Assembly (NCBI GenBank): GCA_043228905.1
Contig: JBHGNT010000017.1
Span: 14,322,001-14,386,000, forward strand
Reading direction: 5' to 3'
Length of the DNA: 64,000 nucleotides
Source: Azolla caroliniana
Lineage: Eukaryota > Plantae > Polypodiophyta
Shown here: positions 35,815 through 48,995 of the stretch, piece by piece
Layout of the letters: each line of letters begins with the position of its first letter
Position numbering within the stretch: position 1 is the stretch's first letter
Notes under the pieces: model-generated
Seen by the model: only the letters and a program-made list of their open reading frames with translations
Told to the model about the DNA's origin: nothing
Database searches by the model: none
Made by a program: the position numbers and the translations under genes

Positions 35815-36335
35815 CATCACCATCATCATGTCTCTCTTAGGATACACAAAAACCCTCTTACCTTGAGCAAGCCCACAATCGTGCCTCGGCTCCTCGGGAA
35901 GGTTTTCACACACGTGACGACCGCCGCCGTGTTGGAGAAAGTCTGCGAGTTCGCGGCCAGGAAGGCATAGAAGCAAGTGAGCCAGAGCGGGGGCACGGGG
36001 ACGAATCCAACGATGGATAGCCACATCATGAGGTAACCCGAGAACGCGAGGACGGCAGCCGAGGCGAGGACGGGCCAGGTCCGGAAGTGGTCATATAGGA
36101 GGCCCGAGAGGATGCCGACATTGGCACCCACATCTTTCGAGACGCTGATCGAATCAAGGGATTGTTGGGAGAGGCCGAGGCTGTCCTTGAGGCTTTGGGA
36201 GTATATGCTGAAGTCGTAGCTTCCTCCGGTTATGGTTTGGAGCCATAGGGCAGACATGAGCATCAGCCATGGCTGGGTGAGTTGGGGTGAGGAGGGTAGT
36301 AGGGTGGGAGAAGAAGGGGACATGATGGTTTCCAT
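33909..36335 (-). CDS. Nodulin-like / NFD4-type major facilitator superfamily transporter, 526 aa; exons 36335-35862 and 35015-33909
   Basis: Exon 1 has Nodulin-like motifs (FSIYSQSLK, KDVGANVG, AANSQTFSNTAAVVTCVKTFPRSRGTIVGLLK). Phase-0 GT-AG intron 35861-35016 (AAG|gtaaga...ttgtag|GGA). Exon 2 has SLDFWLLF, GSGLTTINNMSQLG, SEIFGLK, CTGAHCFRLSF. No internal stops. Confidence 0.93.
35545..35830. repeat. Compound microsatellite (CATCA/CATAC/CATCCC/CAT) in the MFS intron; a second (CAT)n at ~35368-35397
   Basis: Read directly from the sequence. Confidence 0.9.
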
Positions 36336-36364
36336 AGCTTTGCTTCAGAGGCTGACAAGAGGAA

Positions 36365-36404
<40 letters not shown>

Positions 36405-36478
36405 AGATAAGGAATTGTGTGCATGTGCCATGGGCAATGGTGGGTGGTTAGTTGGTTGGTTAGTTGGCATGATGGGTA

Positions 36479-36614
36479 GGTTGTGGCCCACGGTACCGGA
36501 TGTCCCTAGGACTAGGGCCTAGCAGGTTGTTGCCCACGGTCCCGGGTTTCCCTAGGACTAGGGCCTAGCGGGTGGTGGCCCACGGTCCCACGCAGGGGCG
36601 TCCCTAGCACTAGG
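36479..36614. promoter_or_regulatory. 46-bp GC-rich tandem repeat (~3 copies) upstream of the MFS gene, with site II/TCP-like motifs
   Basis: Units start at 36479, 36525 and 36571 (ggttgtggcccacggt...ccctaggactagggcctagc). Contains GGCCCA (reverse complement of TGGGCC) and GGTCCCAC. The repeat is certain; regulatory function is inferred. Confidence 0.5.
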
Positions 36615-37856
36615 TGGATATAACATGCCATTTGAATTTCATCACCTGCATGTGGCTCCTAGTGTGTCGCCCATGGAAGGAACATGGATTTCATGCCCAT
36701 TTACTTGATGATACACCCCCTTATATTTATTATAATAAGCAAACCTATGAGAACCCCGCCGGATCCAAAAAAAGAAAAAATTCTATTTGAACGAGTTGAT
36801 GATGATGTTGTAGGTTTCCTATGGATCACATGGAGTATGTTGAATTGTTTCCTTCTCTTCTAATTCCTTGGCCACATGAATGGCACTAATGGATAGTGTC
36901 CTTGAACCACGCCTTTTGGAGATCTTTGTCATTGCCCTTTTTTTATGAGATTTTCTCATGTACAATTGATCCCATCTACATGATAGACCCATTTTTGGAG
37001 CATCCACAAAAAGGTCTTTGTTTTGCCCCACACTCACGAGTTTGTTTCGTAAAGTATTTAAAAGTGAATATTACCAAGAAAGAAACAATATCTCATCCTC
37101 GGTATCCACATGGATCCAACTAACGTGAAGTTCACTATCACAGATGAATCATCAACATTTGTCTTTATCGTCAACGTCAATATGATTTTTACAATTATCT
37201 TAGCACAATTGTGAACATTTGTTCAGGATTGTGCTAAGACTAATCTTTTTTGTCATCCAAATAAATCCAACCAACATTTCTAGGCAATTGTTACGAAGGA
37301 GCGAGACGCTCCACTCATAACGTGGGAGAGGTGCAAACAAACGTTTTCTCGGAGTATCACAAGTTGATCCACGGTGAAGCCAGAACGCTCGTAAATGGCT
37401 CTGACTAAGGACCGCCAATGAGATAAATCGATGTTCCGACCATCATTAAGTTTGTACCATTATATATAATATATATATTGTCAAAAGCCCACGAATAAGG
37501 GTCATTCCATTGTTCCGGACATTCCATCATCACGGACATTTGGGCCCATGACCTAGAAATAACTACCCACCAAGACTTAGAGATGATTGTCTTCAAAGAT
37601 TGTATTGGTTTCGGACAAACAAATGAATGGGAGTCATGGATTGCTCTTACTCCAAAATAGTAGTAACAAAACAAAAGAAAAAAAGCAATAGAATTTACTG
37701 ATATAAAAAAAAAAGCAAGTCTTTCTACACACACTAGAGGGTAAAAAGAAAAAGCATTTTACTACTACTAAAAGCAGCTCATTATGATACATATATGCAT
37801 GCTCAGGAATAGTTATTATGTGAAGGAAGCCATTATTATAATACACTGATTATCTG

Positions 37857-38382
37857 ATGGGTCCTCAGTCACGCTTAGACATGTTCATCCATGTATGTAA
37901 TTTGCTGATTTTGCTTTTTGTGATTTTGGGTCCCTCTGATTCTTACTCTTGGCATAAATCCAAGGCCTTACTCGGAAGCACCAGCGACCTACAGGTATAC
38001 ATATATATATATAAATACTTAGTGTGTGTACTTATAATCTGTTTAAGGAATAAATTCACTCCTTTATCATGTAATTAGCATCTCTGCTTAATGACTATGG
38101 AACTCTTAATCCTATGATTAGTATCTTTGTTAAAGAATTCAATCACGTGATTAGCTTTTGGTAATAATGTGATTAGTCTGAAGGAGGAGGAGAATGCAGC
38201 CGGGAATGCGAGTCCAAAGATTGCTTGTGTAAGTCCAGATGCATTCCATGAGGTTGCAACTTCACTCTTCTACTACATTTTAATGGAAACTCAGAAATTT
38301 AGAGAGCTACTTATAATGTGTATGTTGAATGTGATATATAGTCATATGTGTATGTGCATGTTGAATGTGATATATAGTCATA

Positions 38383-38419
<37 letters not shown>

Positions 38420-39881
38420 GTTGAATGTGGTATAAAGTCATATGTGTATGTGTATGTGTATGTGTATGTTGAATGTGGTATAAAGTCATATGTGTATGTG
38501 TATGTGTATGTGTATGCATATGTGTATGCGTATGTGTATGTGTATGTATATGCGTATGCATATGCTTATGCGTATGCGTATAATGGATGTGTATGTGAAT
38601 GTATTAGTTCCTCCTTTGCTACGATACGGAAAGTATTGCGGGATCGGATACACAGGATGCCCGGGGGAGAAGCCTTGTGATGGATTGGATGCTTGTTGCC
38701 AAGATCACGATGCATGCATCGGTAGCGATCCTGGTAAGTGTCGTGACAAAATTCATCATCTTATTTCTTCATTGAGAGCTTTATAAAAGTTTGTAGACAT
38801 TTTCCGATAATGATTGTGGCCTTATATTATGGGCAATTTAAGTTTTAGATGTTTACATTGTTGATATTCTCATCACTTTGTACCCAATTATTTTGAGCCT
38901 ACTACAAGGGAAATTATCATGACTTTGTTCAATGTTTAACATTAGTAGTTTTGAACTCCATATGTGTCACTAGCAACTAGAAGTTTTGGTCAACATTTTC
39001 ATGGCCCCAAGATTGATTAAGCAAACATGATGGGAAGTACTAGGCCTTGTCCTCTTTGGCCACACAAGCAAACTTCCAATGATGGATAACCACAAGAAAT
39101 CAAGGGCTCGAATCAATAGTTCCCTCGTAGAGGTTGTTCATAATATTAAGCATTGTAGTAAAACTTCTCACATATATGTGCATACACTTATTGCATCTGC
39201 AAAAGCTCATAATGTTTAACATTGCAAGGAAAAATGATGGAAAGAGGACCTTTCTAGCATGGGGAAATATTCCGTCTCACACTGAATCACAACCAACCAT
39301 ATCCAGTTAGTTGTGCTCCACATACCGTATTAAATCTTATAATGTTGTTCACTTGGTAAGGAAACATATCGGAACATTTGTAATCCCCACATGTCGAGGC
39401 ATCCAAAACTTCTTATCAATACCCTTCAAGGTGCCATCTTTTTTTTTGCATGATTTACGATATGATTGTTGCAATATTTTTTATCTTGAGTTCGAATCAT
39501 GATACTAAATTAAACTTTATTCCAAGTTGTTTAGCTATAATCCCCAATAATGCAATGCTTGAATTGAAGGAATCAATATCCCTTCCTACAGCAATAAAAA
39601 ATAAATGTGATATTTAACGTGCAGGCAATTATTTGAATGTGACATGCAACAAGAAGCTTTTGGAGTGTGCGCTCGCTTTCGAGATATCAGGTGCACCACA
39701 ATTTCGAGGGGCAACATGTAGCAAGGCCACAGTGTGCACATCCATGGAAATTTCCATGGCCATTGCTATCCGCCTCCATGATCAAAATAATAAACGTCAC
39801 GATAAGAACAACAATTCCACTTCGAACTCCACCATCTCTGCTAGTTCCACGACCGAGACATTATATCAACTTGAACCCTAG
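37857..39881 (+). CDS. PLA2: Secretory phospholipase A2 (plant group XI), 190 aa; exons 37857-37994, 38177-38228, 38608-38733, 39625-39881
   Basis: Spliced product has a hydrophobic signal segment, CSRECESKDC, Ca2+ loop YGKYCGIGYTGC, catalytic DACCQDHDAC and NYLNVTCN. All three introns are GT-AG with consistent phases 0/1/1. Confidence 0.93.
38316..38600. repeat. Compound (TATGTG)n minisatellite in PLA2 intron 2
   Basis: TATGTG runs separated by four ttgaatgtg(a/g)tata(t/a)agtca modules. Confidence 0.9.
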
Positions 39882-40525
39882 TAAATATTCGAAAATTATT
39901 CTAGTAAACATTGAACTTCACTAATTCTTGTGTCCTCTCATCTCTTGTGTGTGGTTCTCAAACTCTCGTTGATATGTGTTCTCTGACATTTTAATATTTT
40001 GTATGTTTCTCTCTCACTTTCCAATAGTTTGTCATTCACGTGACTTTGGGAAAAGTTACTAGAGTATTCGTACATTGTAATTGCTACTTAACTTAGAGAG
40101 GATTACAAATAACAAAATGCCAATGTCTTTTTGGGGTTTACAAATTATAATATGACCAAATGATCAAAATGCCATTTTAGTTTATTCCCACAATTCCCAA
40201 AATGCCACAAATATATTTGCATGTCTACAACCACCAATCAAACTAAATAACTTTCAAAAAAGAAAATGTGACATTCTCATCATTTTCAAGTGCCGAATGA
40301 CATTATGGGAATTATGATGGTAAATTGGTAATGTGTGTAGGAGTATTTTGATAATTTGTCTTTACAAAATTTGTGTGTCTCTATTCATAAGTGGCAACTC
40401 ATGACAAACAACCATAGGGGGAATTTCCTTCACTTTACATATGCATTAGAAACTTCATGTTTTTATTTTGAGGCCATGTATGTTAAAATTATGTTCCTAA
40501 AGTTATCTTTCCAAAAGTGTTTACA

Positions 40526-40732
40526 CTTGAAGAATGGATATATTTGTACATTCTAGAATTGAAGACCATAATAAAACATGGTGCAAAGAATGATAATTGG
40601 GTGTCTTTTCACTACTCAAAAACTATACGCTTGAAGAATGAATATACTTTTACATTCTAGAATTGAAGACCATAATAAAACATGGTGCGAAGAATGATAA
40701 TTGGGTGTCTTTTCACCACTCAAAAACTATAC
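40526..40732. repeat. 104-bp tandem duplication
   Basis: cttgaagaatg...ctcaaaaactatac at 40526 and 40630. Confidence 0.9.
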
Positions 40733-40974
40733 ATTCTATGGGGTGAATACAACACCCATTCGCCCATCTAGTTTGATCTACTATTGTTGCATGACCTTCA
40801 CATCCTTTTCTTTACAAGTCAAGGATGCTTATTAATAAGTGTTGTGCAATCTTAAGAAAAAAACTTTAAAACTTTATGTTCTTCTGTCTCATGTGTGACG
40901 TCACATTGTTCCATCTTCCAATAATCTGGTAATGGCCATGCTTCACATATGTTTTGCAATGATCAGATGTGGAC

Positions 40975-41795
40975 TAGTGTGACCAACACTAAACTGTGTG
41001 AAGGATGACTAGGTGAAGTATTTGGACCTACTGAACATAATGCAAAATCACCCATTGTCTAGTTTAATGGCTCCTATTAACTTACTCATTGTGACTCATG
41101 GGTGTCTTCTCCATTCGTCGAGAAGACTTAGAAGCCCATGAATCAAGGAGCCTTCTATACATGTCCAGAAGGCCCTCACCTCAATCCGTCGAGGAGGTGT
41201 GTTGTGGTTTTGATCACGGAACCCCTCAACACAACGAATGTATTACAACGGGCGCCTTCTCTACCCATAAAGAAAGGACCTCACCTCAATCCGTCGAGAT
41301 GGTGTGTTTTGGTTCCGATTACGAAACCCCTCAAAACATCGACTATGTTACGTTCCCCCCCTTTGAAGAATGCATTGGAATGTAAGGTTGGACTTTTGGT
41401 TTCCATTGGATAACCTTAGCAACTGAGCTACATCCATTTATGCTTCGATACTATGTTACACCAAATGTTTTTATGACTATCTCTGATCGAACTCGAACTC
41501 GGACTCGCGTGACCAACGCTACTCGACTGCGTGAAGGAGGACTAGGTAAAGTATTTAGACCCATTGAACATACTATCCAACCACCCTCCGTCCAATTTAA
41601 TAGGTCTTATTAGCTCACCTAAATTAAATCCCCCGTTGTGATTCATGAGTGTCTTCTCCATCCGTCAAGAAGACTTTGAAGCCAACGACTCAAGGAGCCT
41701 TCTCAACCCATTGAGAAGGCCCTCACCTCAATCCTTCGAGGTGGTGTGTTATGGTTCCGATTACGGAACCCCTCAACACATCGGGTGTGTTACAA
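40975..41795 (-). mobile_element. Degraded LTR-like direct repeats (about 40975-41352 and 41505-41794)
   Basis: Two ~300-bp similar blocks plus a ~105-bp internal duplication, ending in (t)gttaca-like motifs; ttcccccccttt (PPT reverse complement) follows at ~41353. Confidence 0.5.
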
Positions 41796-43071
41796 GGGGG
41801 GGAGGGGGAAGGACGATGAACATGGACAAAACTGCGCCGCTCGGCCTCTCCCTCGCTAAAGTAGAAAACCAAAGAGCAACTAAGCACCCCCGAATCTTTG
41901 GCTTCAAAGTCACTCGTCATGTGGTAGACATTAAAAAGATAAGGGAATGTGAGTTACTCCGCATAGAAACTATGGTCGGGATACCATTTACATTGAGACC
42001 ACAACCGACACCCACATCAAAACCCTTCAAACCCCGCTCCTTTTCAAGAGATTTGGATGGAAATGAAACTAGTTTCAACACAATCATTTACTTTATAGAA
42101 CATGCTACACCACATCGCACTTTTATACTGCGTTATCACTCTCTTATTCATGTATATTTTTATGTAACTTATTTTTTATGATTGTGTACATATCCTACTA
42201 GTGTTATCATTTGTCTCAAGGACCAATTTTGGTATGAGAATATGTTAATCTCTCTCTCTCCTCATTGTCTCCTCTATGCATGTCACTCTCCAACACTCCA
42301 AATTGCTAGCATGTGCTCTCCTCCTACCCCTATTTTCACAGCCTATGCCTCTTGCACCTTCACCTACTTTACCTTGCCACCTACATATAAACTACCTCAC
42401 CTACACTTACACCATCACCCATGTTTGGAACCTTTCCCGTTCCCATTAACCTCGTGCCCTTGTACTTCCAAGATATGGGCAGTGGTTCACTGGTAGACAA
42501 GATGCTTATCAACCTCAGTGGAGTGCACCTTCCAATGCTTGAACATTACACCAACCCATCTTGCGGGCTAGAAAACTACCGTGTTTGCTACGCTATCAAA
42601 ATTAGGCCTTCAATTTCTTCTTGGCATTTGCCCATGGAGTGTACGCACCAAACTTATCCAATGATTCCTCGATGGTTACAACAAGAGGACTACGCAAGTG
42701 ATGATGTTTGTCTTTAATAATGAAGATCCTGTAACATTTGAATTTACAATGGAAGATATACGATAAACACTTCCCAACACATGGCATGTCATTCAACCCA
42801 AATCATCTACCTAAAATCATCCCGCCCTATTATATACACATAACGTAGGTGAGGGTAGGTCATTGATATTTACATAAGTGAAGGGTATGTTCACTAATGT
42901 TAAAAAGGGGACTAATGTGATTGGATAGAAGGAATGATAGGTGCATGCACATCATGATTTGGACAACTAATGAATGGAGAACCTTTTAGAAAGGCACATC
43001 TATTCAAGGGGCCTAGGAAGAGCTATAAATATGAGGCTTAGCTACCCTCATAGGGACATTATGTTGGAAGG

Positions 43072-46000
43072 TGTTATGTAAAGGCATCCCTCCTTGCGGG
43101 GGAGTCGGCCGAAAAGTCGACTTAAGAGTCAGCTGGTCGAAATCGGTTGAGAAGCCGAAATGAGTCGACTGACCGAAATTAGCCGAAAAGCCGAAAAGAG
43201 TCGGCTGACCGAATTTGGCCGAAATCGGTTGGAGAGCAAAAAGAATAGTCGAATAGCCGAATTGGGGGTTGACTAACTGAATTCGGAGAGGAAGCAAATT
43301 TGAACTAAGTCGAATAGGAGTTCAAACACACACACACACACACATATATGTCTTCTTATACATATATATGAAATGACTTAGTATATATATACTAACAGGC
43401 CTAGTAGTGCATCTGTATGTGGGATAACTAGAAGTAAATAGTGAGATAAAGGGGGAAAACATATATAACGTATGTGAGTAAGTGAGAGACATATATATGT
43501 GAGTGAAAAACAAGTTGTTTTATAAGCGTGACTCAGAGAACGATTGAGTATATACACAGTAGTGGCTGTGTAAGAGAGAATACTTAGAAGCTAAGTGAGA
43601 GAAGAAAGAAGAGTGAAACAAAGAGAAATAGAGAGAAAGACAGAGAAGCTTTGGAAGCTTCAAAGGGGAATAGACATCTACGTGTTAGGGTTTGGAATGC
43701 TCATCAGAAATTGTGGTTTCAGAGAACATTCAGATCAGATCAGGCGCTTTCATTCTATGGTTGTATTTTGTCCTCTATTATAGTGGAAATCTTTGTTCCG
43801 TGGTTTTTCCCTGAAATCAAGGTTTTCCACGTAAATCGTGTGTTGTTCTTCATTTTTCTGTTTGTGTCTAAGTTTAATATCGGAATTTGTCTGAGTGAAA
43901 TTTTAACAAATTGGTATCAAACCGTAGGTTCTAGATGGAAGGGGGTGTGAGTGGCTTTCCAAGGATGATTGTCCTAAACTCACAAAACTATTCAGACTGG
44001 AAGATTAAAATGGAAGATCTTCTGATAGTCAAAGATCTATATGAGCCTATAGAAAATAAGGATATACCAAGAGGGTTAATAGAATCGGAGTGGAAAATTC
44101 TAAATAGAAAGGCAGTGGCAACTATAAAACAATGTGTAGACATTAGCGTCCTACAACATGTAGCAAGTGATACCAATGCCTTCGAGTTATGGCATAAACT
44201 CTCTGCCCTCTATGAAAGGAAAAATGCCTTAAATAAAACCTTCTTGATGAGGAAGATAGTGAGACTAAAGTACGTAGATGGGGAGAGCATTGTAGAGCAC
44301 ATCGGTACTTTTATGGGAATGGTGAATTAGTTAGCCTCAGCAAAGTTCCCGTTAGATGACGTTATGCAGGCCACCCTACTGTTGTGTACTCTACCGGATA
44401 GCTGGGAAAACTTAATAGTGACACTCAGCACTTCATGTAAAGAAGATAACCTATCTTTACAAGTAGTAAAGACAAGTATTCTAAATGAAGAGACAAGAAG
44501 AAAGGATAAAAGCACCTTGTCTCAATCGGAAGCTAATGTGACCCAAGAACTTATTAGAGGTAGAAGAGAGCATAGAAGTTCAGAAAATGGAGATAGATTT
44601 TATGGAAGGTCGAAATCTAGGGGAAGGCCTACATGCTTCTATTGTGGGAAGCCCGATCACTTCCAAAAGAATTGTTGACACCTCAGAAAGGACAAAGGCA
44701 TGGCTGATGAGGTCGAAACCAGAAAAATCTCTGATGATAAAAACACCTCAACCATTGTAACCAGTGAGGAAGAGATGTTGTTCATATGTGAACAAGTTAG
44801 TGTGAATCTTGCAAGTGCTGAGAGCTCATGGGTAGTGGATTCCGGCGCATCATTTCACCTAACTCCCAAAAGAGAATGCTTCTCATCTTACACAACGGGT
44901 GACTATGGCTATGTTAGGATGGGAAATGACGGTGAATGCAAGATTGTGGGCATAGGAACTGTGTGCTTGCTAACATCTACTGGCTGCAGGTTAATGTTGA
45001 AGGATGTACGCCATGTTCCGGATGTCAGATTGAATCTGATATCGACTGGACGGCTAGACAATGAAGGCTACAGTGGTGGTTTTCAAAATGGTTCATGGAA
45101 GTTCTGTAAAGGGAGCCTGATCGTGGCTCGAGCCCAAAAACAGAACACATTGTATGTAATGCATGCAAAGTTGTGCCGAGATGAGGCAAATGTAGTGGCT
45201 GGCTCAGACAGTGAGTTGTGGCATAAAAGGTTCGGACACATGAGTGAAAGGGGAATGCATATCCTTGCGGAAAAGGATTTTCTACCGGAGGTGAAAGGAA
45301 TACACTTGGAAAGGTGTGTGGACTGCTTGGCTGGAAAGCAGAATAGAACAGCCTTTCACTCTAGACCTCCGATGAGAAGAGAGCATGCTTTAGAGCTGGT
45401 TCACACAAATGTGTGCTATGTGGATGCCCCATCACATCGTGGAGGACAATATTTTGTCACATTTATTGATGACTTCAGTAGGAAGGTGTGGGCTTATGTG
45501 CTGGTGTCTAAAGACCAAGTGTTGTCGGTCTTTAAAGAGTTTCATGCAAGGGTGGAAAGAAGATGAAAGCTGTCCGGACAGATAACGGTGGTGAATATAG
45601 AGGCCAATTTGAGATGTATTGCAAGACTCAAGGCATCAAACTTGAGTATACGGTGCCGAAGACACCTGAGCTAAATGGTCTAGCATAAAGAATGAATCAG
45701 ACTATAATGGAGAGGGTACGAAGCATGTTGGCGCATGCAAAACTACCAAAGTCATATTGGGTTGAGGCAATGTTGACGGCTGTTTCTCTCATAAATAGAT
45801 CTCCATCAGTGCCTCTAAAGGGGAATGTACCACAGAGGGTGTTGACAGGAAGGAATGTGTCTTATCAGCACTTAAAGGTGTTTGTTTCTACAATATGTGA
45901 ATGAGAAACAAGTTGTTTTATAAGCGTGACTCAGAGAACGACTGAGTATATACACAGTAGTGGCTGTGCAAGAGAGAATACTCAGAAGCTAAGTGAGAGA

Positions 46001-46286
46001 AGAAAGAAGAGTGAAACAAAGAGAAATAGAGAGAAAGACAGAGAAGCTTTGGAAGCTTCAAAGGGGAATAGACATCTATCATCAGAAATTGTGGTTTCAG
46101 AGAACATTCAGATCAGATAAGGTGCTTTCATTCTATGGTTGTATTTCGTCCTCTATTATAGTGGAAATCTTTGTTTTGTGGTTTTTCTCTGAAATCAAGG
46201 TTTTCCACGTAAATCGTGTGCTCTTCTTCATTTTTCTGTTTGTGTCTAAGTTTAATATCGGAATTTGTCTGAGTGAAATTTTAATA
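43072..46286 (+). mobile_element. Ty1/copia (Tork-like) with internal deletion of RT/RNase H and the 5' half of the 3' LTR
   Basis: 5' LTR 43072-43908, degenerate PBS tggtatcaaa, gag 43935.., WVVDSGASFH, integrase to ~45880, partial 3' LTR ~45893-46286. TSD GAAGG at 43067-43071 and 46287-46291. Confidence 0.92.
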
Positions 46287-47182
46287 GAAGGTTGGTGTCT
46301 TAGACACAGGTGGTGTGGGCTAAGCTTTCGTAATGACGATTGTATTAATCTCTTCTAAGGTATTAGTCATCCTAATATCCCGCGGTATGGGACATCGTTG
46401 GTAGGTTGGCTATGTTTAGATCATAGCTCGGAGGTGGTCGAGTGGAACGGGATCTTCTATCCAATCTATTTTCTTTCTTTTTACTTTATTTTGGTCTATT
46501 TATTACAAATAGACTCTTAAGAACGGTATCACAACTTTTACTAACAATTTTTTTATTTCCTATTTTGATGTTTTTACGTGTGAGCAATGGGGATCTAACA
46601 AGGCTCGTCACGCTCTTCCCAAGATCAAAACAACATTTTAAACCTGGTATTCTTCTTTCTCGATCTCTATTCTTTTCTATGATGTGTTCTTCTTGGTCAA
46701 ATCAAATTTGTATTATGTTTTCTTTTCTTTTATTTCTACCATGATACGATTTAAAATCTTATTGTGCATTGGGTCGAGCATGTTTGCACTAATGACACAC
46801 ACTCAACTCATGGCCCTTTTGCATATTGCAATGTATCTTCCACTCTCCCCTCTCTTGAGCCATCTCTTACGTTAATATTTATTCTTGTGCATTGGATCAA
46901 GCATGTTTGTCCTAATCGCAAACACTCACCTCATGGCCCTCTATTCAACCATCTTCCCTCTATTCAACCATCTTTTGACTATTCTATGGGATGTTGTGGT
47001 ATTGATGAGTTGTATATCGCCTACCTATGCCACTCTACTCTCTATTGAGCTATCACTTGGCCGATTCTATGGGATGTTGTGGTTAAGGAGTTGCATGTCG
47101 ACTACTTTAGAGTTTCTTACCTTAGGGCATGCTTAACGTCTCATACATCTATTTGATTATTATCTTAAGTATTTTCGAATTA

Positions 47183-47852
47183 CACCAATTGTTTTTTCAC
47201 TTTCTTATGATTTTCTCATAATTGTCATTTACCCACCCACAATTAACTCTCGTTTTTACCCTTATTTTTATGTTCATCTACACTATTTACGTATGTTTAA
47301 TGGTGTAACGATTCATATAGACTATTTTTTCATATTGAGTGAGCCTCATGCCGCTTTTTGAACATTTTTTCCAATTTGAAAGCGTCCTTTAGGTTTAACT
47401 CATGTAATCGAGGCTTAGAACTCGATTAAAAACAAATGAGTTCCCCTATGAATGTTTTACTCATAAATTTAAGTACTACATATTCGCGCACAACACCACC
47501 ATCATTTGTCATTTGTGATTTTCTTTTCACTTTTCACCAATTGTCTTTTCACTTTCTTATGATTTTCTCATAATTGTCATTTACCCACCGATAATTAACT
47601 CTCTTTCTTACCCTTATTTTTATGTTCATCTACACTATTTACGTACGTTTCATGGTGTAACCATTCATATAGACTATTTTTTCATATTGAGTGGGCCTTA
47701 TGCCGCTTTTTGAACATTTTTTCCAATTTGAAAACATCCTTTAGGTTTAACTCATGTAGTCGAGACTTAGAATTTGATTAAAAACACATGAGTTCCCCTA
47801 TGAATGTTTTACTCATAAATTTGAGTACTACATATTTGCGCACACCACCATC
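47183..47852. repeat. 352-bp-period AT-rich tandem duplication
   Basis: caccaattgt...caccaccatcatt at 47183 and 47535. Confidence 0.88.
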
Positions 47853-48578
47853 ATTAGTATCAATTTGTGTCTTATGTCACAATTGTGCAAATTACAATCA
47901 CCGTATTGGGATGGATATGTGCATACCTCACACCATCCGTTTATTTGTGGCATTTTTGTTTATTAGGTAACACATGGTTTTTTGAACCTTGTTTTCATCA
48001 CTTCTTGACTCTTATAGGTAGTGACTTATTTTTCTCTTTATTTTCATAGCATTTGTTTGCTACTCGCAAGACTAGAATATTACTCGCGAGTGCGCTTGTT
48101 TTTGCACGTAATACACTTTCTCGACTATATCAATACATGTTGGGTTGGCATTTTAATATAAGGCTAACTAGGAGATTGCATTGATGTTAGAACCATGGTT
48201 GAACCTCGGGGAGCCGCCGCATGATTATTCCAGATAGAGATCCAAGAAAGACATCTTAGCATGTTTTCCCCCATGGTTTTTAAAACACCATAGTGTTACC
48301 ATAGTCATCGGATCTCAAATCATATCTCGTATGTCTAGAGGGGTAAAGGCATGAGATGCTTTCTTGGATAAAGTTCTTCCAATCAAAATTTCAAGCATTC
48401 ATTTTGCTTGTGTATTTTTTGTGCAGTTGGAACGAGCTCTCCAATTGAGACATCTCAACTCCAATCTACATCTTGCACACAAGCTAAGATCACTAGTCAG
48501 CAATTGCTCACTACTACCTTGATTCAATTGGCTGAAATGAGGCAAGCCAATATGGTTTTGGAAAAGAGATTTTAAGAA

Positions 48579-48995
48579 TTGATTATTAAGTCGAAGAAAG
48601 AAGGTGAACCTTCTTTCAAAGTCATCCCATTCAAGGGAGATAAGAAAGAAAGAACCGAGGAGGCCACTAGCACTTGGCTTGGTCGTTGGGAGTTTGATTT
48701 TGAGCTCCATCCCAAGCCCGATGTTATAAAAATTGGTTATGTTAGTCGTGAGCTAGGTGGCCAAGCTGCTACTTGGTGGCACATCTTAAGGACGACAAAG
48801 AACTTACCCACAACTTGGGAAGGTTTCGTCCATGTTTTTAAGTAACAGTTCTTGTAGCCACCTTCTCAAACCAAACAAGCGCAACACTTGCTCACACTGT
48901 CGAGTAAGCATTTACCTCTCTTGAGGATTATGTGCATCATGCTTGGACCTTGATCCAAAAATTAGAACTTATAGGTGAGAAATGGTTCGTCGCGT
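48579..48995 (+). pseudogene. Ty3/gypsy gag remnant
   Basis: LGGQAATWW...LPTTWEGFVHVFK*QFL matches the retrotransposon gag pattern; cut by the LTR at 48996. Confidence 0.6.

Noticed and set aside
35514-35970. His-rich and Ser-rich ORFs
   Set aside because: Translations of an intronic microsatellite.
36817-37120. Possible MITE with degenerate inverted ends between the two genes
   Set aside because: Similarity is patchy and no TSD could be defined by eye.
38307-38680. HT/YV/MC-repeat ORFs
   Set aside because: Translations of the (TATGTG)n tract; only 38608-38733 is exonic.
42182-42800. ORFs 42182..42496 and 42421..42717 as host genes
   Set aside because: No recognisable motifs or splice structure; probably decayed repeat sequence.
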